Source: Fibrobacter succinogenes subsp. succinogenes S85 (GTDB lineage: Bacteria; Fibrobacterota; Fibrobacteria; Fibrobacterales; Fibrobacteraceae). Taken from it: 32,000 nucleotides of DNA. Shown one piece after another: positions 8,336-17,100 of the stretch; positions within the stretch are counted from its first letter, which is position 1; every line of letters begins with the position of its first letter. A model generated the notes under the pieces. The model made no database searches, was not told where the DNA came from, and saw only the letters and a program-made list of their open reading frames with translations. Where the stretch lies: positions 900,001-932,000 of the forward strand of contig NC_017448.1 in assembly GCF_000146505.1 (NCBI RefSeq), written 5' to 3'. The position numbers were made by a program, and so were the translations under genes.

Positions 8336-10897
8336 ATGAATATCAAAGACGCTATCTTGAGACTATTCAAGAACTTAGCTCACCCCACAGGCATTTTCGG
8401 CACCCTCGTTGCCATAGCCATACCCTTCCTTATTTACCTCGCCCCGAACATCAATCACAGGGAAACCATCCGAAAGATGGATTTGAACTGGCCGCTCCCT
8501 CTTTTTGCGATTCAGTTCATCCTCGGGATTATCCTTTTCTGCTTTTTGAGCAAGGATTTTAGGGAATGGTTCAAGGGAATCCTCCCCACAAAGTCCGTAA
8601 GCATCATGACGCTCGTATTTGCGGTCGCTATTTCCATTTTTGCAGGCACGCAAATTGAAGCCCGCCACCGCGTCCAAAGTGACGAAAGCGTGTTCATGTC
8701 AGTTGCCCAGAACATGTACTACAACCACGAATCCGGCACCTGCAACCAGGGCGAATTTGACAACGGCTCCCTCAAATGCAAGGCCACATCAAATAGTTTC
8801 AAGACCAAGGGACTATCCTTTCTTTACCGCCTCGGCATGCCGCTGTTCGGAACCGATCTCCGCTGGATTTTCACGGCCGAATTCGTGATGCTCCCGCTTT
8901 CGTTCCTGCTCATGTTCCTTGCAATCGTCGCCTGGACCCGACAACCCCTCCTTGCCTTCCTGGCCTCGCTACTCATGGCACTCCAACCGACGGTACTTTT
9001 CCAGTTCCGCGCTATGTCCGTTGAACCGCTCTATATTTTTCTCTCTGCTTTAGCTCTGTTTGTGTTTAAGTGGGCATACGACAGGAACACAGTCATGCAC
9101 TGGACACTCCTCGCCCTCATCCTAGCCTTCTTCGCCCAGACCCGCCAAGAAACAATCTTCTGCGTCTTTGCATTTGTCCTCTTTGCGCTTCCGAGACTTC
9201 TCGACAAGAAAGACGAAAAAGCTCCTGTCTTCTTCGTGACGCTCTCACTCTTCTCCGTGCCAGCACTCCTCACGATTAGCTACTTCCAAGGGTTCGGTTT
9301 CCAGGGCGGCGAATTTGAAGCCCACGGACACTTCTTCGAAGACCTCGCCAAGAACTGGGAAGTAATGACAGCAAAGCTTGACAAGAACGGCAATCTCACA
9401 AATCCGTTCCTCAGCTACTTTAACTATTTGTTCGCCATCGGCGGCATATACCTTCTCTTCCGCGCCATCAATGATGCAAGAAAGAGCGATTTCACATACC
9501 TCAAGATTCTCGGGTTCCTGCTCCTGTACCACGTCCAGACGTATGTGATCCTTGAAAACGTCTCCGGCGATTTCAGCATCGAAATCAACCAGCGCTATAG
9601 CCTCGTGATGTTGCCATCCATGGCATTTGTGGCAGCCCTCCCGATTACACACATGATCCAGTATTTCACCACCCCGACGGGCAACAAAGACCTAAACGGC
9701 AAGGGTGCTATTCTCGGCGTATTGATTGTGGCACTCGCCTTTACAGGCTGGACATTCCACTACAAGAAGAATTTCAATGACAATATCATGTACAACCGCA
9801 ACCACCTGACCATCGAAGAACACGAAATTCTCAAATGGCTCAAGGAACAGCCGCAAGCGGACCGATTCTTTATTTACGGTCGTCCTTGGCACTTTGTGGG
9901 TTACGGTATGTCATCCCTCCATTACGACAACGCTCGCAAAATGTCAAACAGCGAAATGAAGGACTTGATAGACAAGTACAAGGGCGAAGTCTATTACATC
10001 CGCGGACTGGACTGCTGGGATAGCCACACTTACCACAAGAAAGCCGTAGAACACCGCATCGCCACGACCTGCGACGTATTTGAACGCGAGATGGATTTGA
10101 CGGGCGTCAAGAACATCTTGATTACGAACAACTACTGGGTCCAGATAGCGAAGTTCAACGGCCGCAAAAACTACAATCCCGAAAAGATTATCGCCATAAA
10201 CGAACTGGAAGTCGCCCCCGCCGATTCTATCGCCACAAAGCCCGCCATGCTCAAAGTTCATTACGAGCTCAAGGAACAGGGACAGGCCGCTGCCAAATGG
10301 AAGTTCGCACTCCTAATCAACGACAAAATAATCGAACAAGGCGATTACAAGTTCGGTTCTTACGATCAGGAAGTGGACCTCGCAAGTTTGCAGCCTGGAT
10401 TCAACCAAGTGAGATTCCTGGTGCAAGATTTGGCAACAAAGAGCAAGCTTGCCGATGTTTCCAAGTTCTACTTTGAAAAGGGAAACGGCGCTATAGCCCT
10501 CACGGACTACCCCATCGAAAGCCACAATCAGGAATGGGGCAACATGCGCAAGAATAAAAGCATTGAAGGGAACAAGCTCAGCGTTAACGGCCAAAGCTTT
10601 ATAAGCGGCATTGGTATGCACGCCTCTTCAACAACAGTTTTCGATGTCGGACAAAAGTTTACTACGGTCAGGTTCTCCGTTGGCCTTGACGACGAATCGC
10701 TTTGCAGCGATGGTGTTGCGGTAGAAGTTATCGGCGACGGCAAATCGCTTGCAAAAACACCGTTCTTTAGGAATGGCGAATTGCACAAAGTCGAGGCTAA
10801 TGTCGCAGGCATCCAGAAGCTCACGATTAGATCGTTCCCCAAAGAAGGCATCAACTGCAGCCACGTAGACATCATCAACCCGGTACTTATACCATAG
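8336..10897 (+). CDS. GT-C fold membrane glycosyltransferase (ArnT/PMT-like) fused to a C-terminal NPCBM carbohydrate-binding module
   Basis: Around 12 hydrophobic helices in the first ~480 aa. The first-loop Asp-Glu motif (SDESVFMSVAQNMYY, GAC GAA at 8681-8686) resembles that of ArnT/PMT enzymes. The last ~130 aa (EWGNMRKNKSIEGNKLSVNGQSFISGIGMHASSTTVFDVGQKFTTVRFSVGLDDES...DGVAVEVIGDGK...IQKLTIRSF...CSHVDIINPVLI) fit the NPCBM/NEW2 pattern. ATG 8336 is preferred over GTG 8315 because AGAAGGAA lies 6-8 nt upstream. Confidence 0.8.
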   Translation: MNIKDAILRLFKNLAHPTGIFGTLVAIAIPFLIYLAPNINHRETIRKMDLNWPLPLFAIQFILGIILFCFLSKDFREWFKGILPTKSVSIMTLVFAVAISIFAGTQIEARHRVQSDESVFMSVAQNMYYNHESGTCNQGEFDNGSLKCKATSNSFKTKGLSFLYRLGMPLFGTDLRWIFTAEFVMLPLSFLLMFLAIVAWTRQPLLAFLASLLMALQPTVLFQFRAMSVEPLYIFLSALALFVFKWAYDRNTVMHWTLLALILAFFAQTRQETIFCVFAFVLFALPRLLDKKDEKAPVFFVTLSLFSVPALLTISYFQGFGFQGGEFEAHGHFFEDLAKNWEVMTAKLDKNGNLTNPFLSYFNYLFAIGGIYLLFRAINDARKSDFTYLKILGFLLLYHVQTYVILENVSGDFSIEINQRYSLVMLPSMAFVAALPITHMIQYFTTPTGNKDLNGKGAILGVLIVALAFTGWTFHYKKNFNDNIMYNRNHLTIEEHEILKWLKEQPQADRFFIYGRPWHFVGYGMSSLHYDNARKMSNSEMKDLIDKYKGEVYYIRGLDCWDSHTYHKKAVEHRIATTCDVFEREMDLTGVKNILITNNYWVQIAKFNGRKNYNPEKIIAINELEVAPADSIATKPAMLKVHYELKEQGQAAAKWKFALLINDKIIEQGDYKFGSYDQEVDLASLQPGFNQVRFLVQDLATKSKLADVSKFYFEKGNGAIALTDYPIESHNQEWGNMRKNKSIEGNKLSVNGQSFISGIGMHASSTTVFDVGQKFTTVRFSVGLDDESLCSDGVAVEVIGDGKSLAKTPFFRNGELHKVEANVAGIQKLTIRSFPKEGINCSHVDIINPVLIP

Positions 10898-10911
10898 CGG
10901 CTTCGCCATTC

Positions 10912-10948
10912 AGACGAAAGAACGCCCGCTACAACGGGCTACAGACGA
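10912..10948 (+). repeat. 37-nt hairpin element, copy A (AGACGAAAGAACGCCCGCTACAACGGGCTACAGACGA)
   Basis: 35/37 identical to 11934-11970. It contains the GCCCG/CGGGC stem and lies 15 nt after the GT-C stop codon. Confidence 0.9.
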
Positions 10949-11006
10949 AAGACGAAAGAAAAAAGCTAGTAACTAGTAACGACAAACTAGTAACTAGCAA
11001 ACCAAA
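10944..11006. repeat. Nine consecutive heptamer units: GACGAAA GACGAAA GAAAAAA GCTAGTA ACTAGTA ACGACAA ACTAGTA ACTAGCA AACCAAA
   Basis: Read directly from the sequence. The 7-nt register is kept over 63 nt, and TAG/TAA stops occur in several frames. Confidence 0.8.
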
Positions 11007-11008
11007 AT

Positions 11009-11017
11009 TGCTATAAT
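11009..11017 (+). promoter_or_regulatory. Putative extended -10 element TGCTATAAT
   Basis: Perfect TGnTATAAT ending 6 nt before the ATG of the GT2 gene (11024). There is no Shine-Dalgarno in between and no good -35. This is a sequence match only. Confidence 0.3.
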
Positions 11018-11023
11018 TGCACT

Positions 11024-11935
11024 ATGCTTTTATCCGTAATTATACCTGTTTTTAATGAAGAAGAGATCGTTGCCGAAACCTACCGCGTCTTGGAGGAAGA
11101 GCTCAAGGATATCGAACACGAACTCATTTTCGTAAATGACGGTTCCAAGGACCGCACCCGAGAAATCGTGGAAGGCCTCCTCCCCGGGAACCCGAACAAC
11201 AAAATCATCAACTTTAGCCGTAACTTCGGCCACCAGGCCGCCTTCAGCGCAGGCCTCGACCACGCCCAGGGCGCAGCCGTCGTCATTATTGACGGCGACT
11301 TGCAGGACCCGCCGAGCCTCATCCACGAGATGCTCAAAAAGTGGCGCGAAGGTTACCAGGTCGTTTACGCCCAGCGCAACAAGCGCAAGGGCGAGACGCT
11401 CTTCAAGCGCTTTACGGCATTCTGCTTCTACCGCATCATCGGCAAGCTCACGAGCATCGATATTCCGCCTGACACTGGCGACTTCAGACTCATGGACCGC
11501 TGCGTGGTGGACCAGCTCAAGAACCTCCCGGAACGCAGCCGCTTCTTACGCGGGCTCGTGTGCTGGGTCGGCTTCAAGAAGATTGGCGTCAAGTATGACC
11601 GCGCCGAACGCACCGCAGGTACTTCGAAGTATCCGCTCAAGAAGATGTTGCGCCTCGCGTTCGACGGCATCACAGGCTTCAGCTCGGCTCCGCTCAAGAT
11701 CAGTTTCTACATGGGCTTCATCGCAACAATCGTTGGTTTTGCACTCCTCGTTTGGTCGATTCTCGAAAAGTTCCTCTCTCCTGCAACAACGGTTCCGGGC
11801 TGGGCATCTCTCATGACCGCTATCGTGTTCTTCGCAGGCGTGCAGCTTTTGACCATCGGCATTCTCGGCGAATACATCGGCCGAATCTACGACGAAGTCA
11901 AGCAGCGCCCGCTGTACATCGAAGACAAAAAGTAG
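11024..11935 (+). CDS. Family-2 polyprenyl-phosphate glycosyltransferase (ArnC/GtrB/DPM1-like)
   Basis: SVIIPVFNEEE, VNDGSKDRT, IIDGDLQDPP and DFRLMDR motifs, plus two C-terminal hydrophobic helices, as is typical of GtrB/ArnC-type enzymes. Confidence 0.9.
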   Translation: MLLSVIIPVFNEEEIVAETYRVLEEELKDIEHELIFVNDGSKDRTREIVEGLLPGNPNNKIINFSRNFGHQAAFSAGLDHAQGAAVVIIDGDLQDPPSLIHEMLKKWREGYQVVYAQRNKRKGETLFKRFTAFCFYRIIGKLTSIDIPPDTGDFRLMDRCVVDQLKNLPERSRFLRGLVCWVGFKKIGVKYDRAERTAGTSKYPLKKMLRLAFDGITGFSSAPLKISFYMGFIATIVGFALLVWSILEKFLSPATTVPGWASLMTAIVFFAGVQLLTIGILGEYIGRIYDEVKQRPLYIEDKK

Positions 11936-11970
11936 ACGAAAGAACGCCCGCTATAGCGGGCTACAGACGA
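11934..11970 (+). repeat. 37-nt hairpin element, copy B (AGACGAAAGAACGCCCGCTATAGCGGGCTACAGACGA)
   Basis: Overlaps the GT2 stop codon (TAG 11933-11935). The two substitutions relative to copy A turn the core into a perfect 16-nt palindrome, GCCCGCTATAGCGGGC. Confidence 0.9.
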
Positions 11971-12044
11971 CAAACGAGAGGATTGTTAGTCTTTGGTTAT
12001 TAGTTATATTTGGCGCATATAGAGCCTAGTTAAAGCTAATGGCT

Positions 12045-12072
12045 ATTGACTAACAACTATTGACCATTGACT
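12045..12072. repeat. Four tandem heptamers ATTGACT AACAACT ATTGACC ATTGACT
   Basis: Read directly from the sequence. The array ends 5 nt (AAAAA) before the gmk ATG at 12078. Confidence 0.8.
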
Positions 12073-12077
12073 AAAAA

Positions 12078-12638
12078 ATGAAAAACAAGCTTTTCGTTAT
12101 GAGTGCCGCCAGTGGCGCAGGCAAGACCACCCTCAAGGATCTTGTCATCAAGGATTTCCCGGACATCAAGTATTCCATTTCGGCTACAACGCGCAAGCCG
12201 CGCGAAGGCGAAATTGACGGAGTCCACTACTTCTTCAAGACCAAGGAAGAATTCGAGCAGATGATCAAGGACGACGCTCTGGTCGAATACAACCTGGTTC
12301 ACGGCAACTACTACGGAACGCCCAAGAGCTTTGTCGAGAAGACTCTCGCCGAAGGAAACCGAGTGCTGTTTGACCTTGACGTTTTCGGCAAGGTGAACTT
12401 TGACAAGGTCTACCCGGACGCCACCGGCATTTTCATTTTGCCGCCAAGCGACGAAGAACTCGAACGCCGCCTCCGTGGCCGTGGCACCGATAGCGAAGAA
12501 GTCATCCAGCTCCGCCTTGCAAACGCGAAGAAAGAAATCGAATTTGCTAAGACCAAGGGCAAGTACGAATACACCATCGTGAACGATGATCTTCAGAAAG
12601 CTGCTGACGAACTCCGCGCTATTTTGAGCCAGAAGTAA
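12078..12638 (+). CDS. gmk: Guanylate kinase
   Basis: P-loop SAASGAGKTTL, ISATTRKPREGEIDGVHYFF and YGT motifs. 186 aa. Confidence 0.95.
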   Translation: MKNKLFVMSAASGAGKTTLKDLVIKDFPDIKYSISATTRKPREGEIDGVHYFFKTKEEFEQMIKDDALVEYNLVHGNYYGTPKSFVEKTLAEGNRVLFDLDVFGKVNFDKVYPDATGIFILPPSDEELERRLRGRGTDSEEVIQLRLANAKKEIEFAKTKGKYEYTIVNDDLQKAADELRAILSQK

Positions 12639-12694
12639 ATCGCACCCCAAGCTACAAGTGCAGAAAGCCGCGAGATTCGCGCGCACAACCTTTG

Positions 12695-12735
12695 AAATTC
12701 CCGCCCCATCGGTTATCGTGAGGTGGGAATTTTTG
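12695..12735 (+). terminator. Rho-independent terminator after gmk
   Basis: AAATTCCCGCC (12695-12705) pairs with GGTGGGAATTT (12722-12732), with one G-U pair. A 16-nt loop is followed by TTTTTGTGT. Confidence 0.6.
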
Positions 12736-12850
12736 TGTAAGGTGTTATAAATTAATAATACACTCTTTTTGCACCGTATTAAATCATTTATTTTGCAAAT
12801 TCAGTAAAACAAAAAACTATTATTTTATCAATAAAAACGCAAAATCAGAA

Positions 12851-14125
12851 ATGAAAAGATACGAGCTTGATACAATCGGTCAAATCTACGGGGCAATCAT
12901 CTCCAAAACGTGGAGTCCCACGTTCAGAATGCAGGCGACGCTGCACGAGACAATTACCCCAGAGTTGCTACAGCAAGCAGCTGATGACCTCAGAATCCGA
13001 TTTCCCTACATATTCGTGGCGTTAAGGAAAGGCTCGTGTTCATACTACCTTGAGGAAAACGACGAGCCACTAAAAATCAAGCATGATAGCGAAGGCATCC
13101 TCGCCTATTACGGAATGGATAAGGCAGCCCATCATTGTTTTCGCATTCTCTACGGTGAAAAGCATATCGCCCTTGAGGTCCTACACACGCTAACTGACGG
13201 ACATGGTGCAAGAATCATCTTGCTCACGCTTGTACACCGCTATCTGGAACTGAAACACGATTTACCAGAAGTTCCTGCAAACATTCAACACGACTTAGTC
13301 TATTCGCTTAAAGACAGGCCCTCGGATGAAGAAACAGGAAACGCCTATGCAAAAAACGCAGGCAAGAATCCCGTTGATTTGAAAGAGCCCAAACCATATA
13401 GATTGCAAGGCACCCTTCTGCCAAGCGATCAAAAGATTATCACGATAGGCACAATCAACTCGGAGCCACTTATTGCCCAAGCGCATCACTATGGCGCAAC
13501 GGTCACTACATTTCTTGCAACCATTATGGCCGAAGTGGTAAATGACTTGCAAAACAAAACACCGAATCAAAAAAAGCAACCGATTGCCATCGGCATTCCC
13601 GTCAACGTCAGGGAAATTCTTGCAAGCAAGACCATGCGTAACTACACCGCACAAAAGAACCTCACTCTTCGCCCCGAGCAGTTGGACTTCAGTCTAGAAC
13701 AAAAATGCAATCTAATGGGGCTGCAACTGAAAGATTTCAGGCAAGACAAGGATTTGGTGCGGAACTTGACCGCCGCCTATGTAGCTCCATTGGAAAATCC
13801 TCTGGCAAAATATACGCCATGCGTTATTAAGAACCGACTTATCAGCTACCTCTACACAAAAGAAGCCGATGCCGTCATGAGTACCCAAATTTCAAATCTT
13901 GGCGACACAGATCTTCCAGAAGAAATGCGCCCCTTCATAGATAGTGTCTATTTTATTTTAGGAAAAGAAAAGGCCCTTCCCAATACGTGCAGCGCTATCA
14001 GCTGTAACGGGAAAACGAACATCAGCTTTACCCGATACATTCAAGAATCCACCTTCGAAGACGAATTTTTCCGCCGACTCCGGAAGCTTGGACTGAACGT
14101 TGAAATACAAGACCCATCTAAATAA
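12851..14125 (+). CDS. Stand-alone condensation-domain-like acyltransferase (HxxxDG; COG4908 / alcohol-acetyltransferase-like)
   Basis: HTLTDG at nt 13184-13201 is the catalytic His motif of the condensation/PapA5/wax-synthase superfamily. The N-terminus MKRYELDTIGQIYGAI resembles COG4908 proteins. No signal peptide. The family assignment is from memory, not from a search. Confidence 0.6.
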   Translation: MKRYELDTIGQIYGAIISKTWSPTFRMQATLHETITPELLQQAADDLRIRFPYIFVALRKGSCSYYLEENDEPLKIKHDSEGILAYYGMDKAAHHCFRILYGEKHIALEVLHTLTDGHGARIILLTLVHRYLELKHDLPEVPANIQHDLVYSLKDRPSDEETGNAYAKNAGKNPVDLKEPKPYRLQGTLLPSDQKIITIGTINSEPLIAQAHHYGATVTTFLATIMAEVVNDLQNKTPNQKKQPIAIGIPVNVREILASKTMRNYTAQKNLTLRPEQLDFSLEQKCNLMGLQLKDFRQDKDLVRNLTAAYVAPLENPLAKYTPCVIKNRLISYLYTKEADAVMSTQISNLGDTDLPEEMRPFIDSVYFILGKEKALPNTCSAISCNGKTNISFTRYIQESTFEDEFFRRLRKLGLNVEIQDPSK

Positions 14126-14157
14126 GCTATATTCAAATGACTATTTAGGGATGAGTT

Positions 14158-17100
14158 ATGTGCTGCAAAGAAACAGTATTCTTTTTTACTGCTTTAGCTT
14201 TATTTTTTTGCTTAGACGCTTGCGAAAACGCAAATTCTAAAAACTTTGTAGCCAAGGAATCTTCTTTCGACGAAGAAAATTCCGCTGAAGTTTTTGATAG
14301 CACGCACACCCAAACATATGACTCGATGATAGAAGTTTATCATCCGGAGCTGTTATTCTTTATCGGCACCGACAAGGCTTCGGCAAAAGCAAGCGAAAAG
14401 CCGCAGATGGGCGCAAAGCTTAACTACAAATTTTACATGGATGTCCATGAATTCACTTGCGGCGACTACAAAAAATTGAACAAGGAATTTGACCGACTAA
14501 AACCAGACTGCGCCAACGACAGCTTGCCACTCACCGACATTACCTATTTTGATGCCGTCCTAATCGCAAACGCCAAGAGCAAGGTTTCGGGGTTGGACAC
14601 AGTTTACACTTACACCAACGCAAGTTTTGATGAAGAAAACCATTGTACCGATATTGAAGGACTCGTAACGCATTTAGAGACTGAAGGTTTCAGACTCCCC
14701 ACCGAAGCGGAATGGATTCTGTCGGCTCAGCTAAGCTGGGATCACAAAAACAGCTGGAATAACAGCAATTCCGATTACAAAGTCCATCCCATTTGCAGCA
14801 AAGGTTTTGATGGTGCCGGTTTCTGCGATTTTTCGGGCAACGTCACTGAATGGACCAACGACTGGCTCGGAATTTTGAAGGACACTACCATCACCAACTT
14901 TACAGGTTCAACGGACGGTGGCGAACTCGGAGAGCGCATTATCAAAGGCGGAAACTACAATTCCGATAAAGCAAACAGCAACCTGTACAGTCGCGGTGAC
15001 GTTTATTCTGTAACATCTTCGACCATGGCCAAGTACGTGGGATTCCGCCTCGCCTTGGGAGTCATTCCCAAACCAGCATGGTTCACAAGCAGCGGGCAGA
15101 TCAGCGAAAGTAAAATTGAGCCCATCGCAAGTACCGCAACGCTCAAGAGCTATACCGGTTCATACAACATGAAGCTCGCCTTCCGCAACGACTTAACCGA
15201 CAACCTAGCCTTCATTGACTACAACAACGGCAACCTAAAAGTTTCAGAAATTCACGACACACTAAACGTCTACCATCCTGAAATTTCGCCCAACGGAAAA
15301 TTTGTCGCATTCTGTACCAAGCCCGAAGGCATTCTGGGAGAGTCTAAATTATACGTCCGGGAACTTTCAGAAGAATCCTCGACACCCATAGAACTCCAAG
15401 TTAAAAGCGCCGCCATCCCTCGTTGGAGAATTCTCGAAAACGGAGACACGACAATCGTCTACGTAACCGACGCAGGCAACAATTCAGACGAAACATCATG
15501 GCTAACGCAAAGTACATGGCAAGTCACTTTTGCAAACGGCAAGTTCGGTACGCCACAAAAACTTTTCGACGGCACCTTCCATGGAGGAATCGCCAAAGAC
15601 AACAGCCTAGCCGTCACGGGAGCAAGGCGCCTCCGCGTACATCATGGGCAAATCAACGACATTTGGTACTCTCAGGAACAAGCATGCAACGTAAGCCTAG
15701 CCCAAGACGGCTCAAAACGCACCGCATTCTTGGACTTTGGTGGAAAAACGGGCCAAGATTTTGTCGGTTCACACTATGCAACCCACGAACGCATTCTCAT
15801 CGCTGATAGTACAGGCAAACTCATCCAATCTATTGCGGCCCCAAACGGCTACACGTTCGACCATACCGAATGGGTTTCAAGTACTTCAAACTTGGTCGCC
15901 ACATTGACTAACGCCAACGGTTCCCACAAGAAAATCGTCCTCGTAAGCACAGCAGACAGCACACTTATTGACTTGGCCGAAGGAGAAGAACTGTGGCACC
16001 CGAGCTTATGGGTTCAACCTAAAAAGATTATTCCGAAGCCAAAATCCAGTTCAAGTTCATTCGCACAAAGCTCTAGTTCCAATGCCCCTGCGCAAAGTTC
16101 TAGCTCCAGCGTTCTCGCAGAAAGCTCCAGTTCTAGCACACCCACGCTAAATTCTAGTTCCAGCATTTATCCGCAAAGTTCCAGTTCTAGCGAAACTCAG
16201 CAAAGCTCAAGCGAGACTGCGCAAAGTTCTAGCGAAATTGCGCAAAGTTCTAGTTCCGAAAAGCAAGCCCCAAGTTCAAACTCCGAACAAATAAATTCTA
16301 GCAGTTCCTCCCTGCTAGCAGAATCATCTTGTTCCAAAGTCACTTCAAGTTCTAGCGAAGTGTCCCTTCAATCTAGTTCCAGCATCGCATCAAGCTCTAG
16401 CGAATCTTCCAGTTCCAGTGTCCCTTATCAAATTGATTTCGAACTAGACACCGATAGCGCAGGCATTTATTACAAGGCCGGGCAAGCCCAGGTCTTCGCC
16501 GAAGCCCGTTACAAAATGGAACTCCTTTGGCAATACAAAGACAAGGCCGACGTCGTCATCATCGGTTCATCTAGAGCACTACATGGCGTAGCCCCGATGG
16601 AACTCAGCGAACAATTTTTTGGAGTCAACCTCGCCTTTATCGGGAACACCCTCAGCGGCTCCGAATTTTTATACGACAATTACATCATTCCACACATGTC
16701 CAAAGTCAAGTACATCGTATCCTCCATAGACATTGACCGCGGATTCAACACATTTAGCAGTAGCTTCTTCAATGGACGCGCCAAAACCTGTCCAGGATTC
16801 GTCTACGACAAAGATCACAATTACTGGAAAGACGGCTACCCCGAAGGACTTGCAGAACTCACATACGATTCACCAGGAATGTCAAGCTACGCAAACAAAT
16901 ACCGCCACACACGTGGTCTAGATTCTATCCCAGAAGCATCAGTCTGGGAAGACATGCCTCAAGTTGATTCGGACAGCAATTTGTATAGAATGTCCCCTGG
17001 TTCATACCGCACAAACTTTAACAGCTTAAAGAAAATGGTCGAAACAGCACACGAAAAAGGCTTTTACTTTATCGGAGTCGTCTTCCCGCAGAACCCGAAT

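Noticed and set aside
11136-11816. A 226-aa alternative-frame ORF (Arg/Ser/Ala/Thr-rich) inside the GT2 gene on the same strand.
   Set aside because: It has the composition typical of an off-frame reading of a GC-rich third-position gene. The annotated frame carries complete GT2 motifs.
12057-12686. A 209-aa minus-strand ORF that is longer than the gmk gene it overlaps.
   Set aside because: The plus-strand product has the guanylate kinase P-loop and GMP-binding motifs, and a terminator follows it. The antisense product has no signature and extends into the spacer.
16044-16419. Regularly recurring ~15-18-nt units that could superficially resemble a repeat/spacer array.
   Set aside because: They lie inside an uninterrupted ORF and encode a poly-Ser linker. 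The units are imperfect and contiguous with no unique spacers, and no cas genes are present. This is not a CRISPR array.
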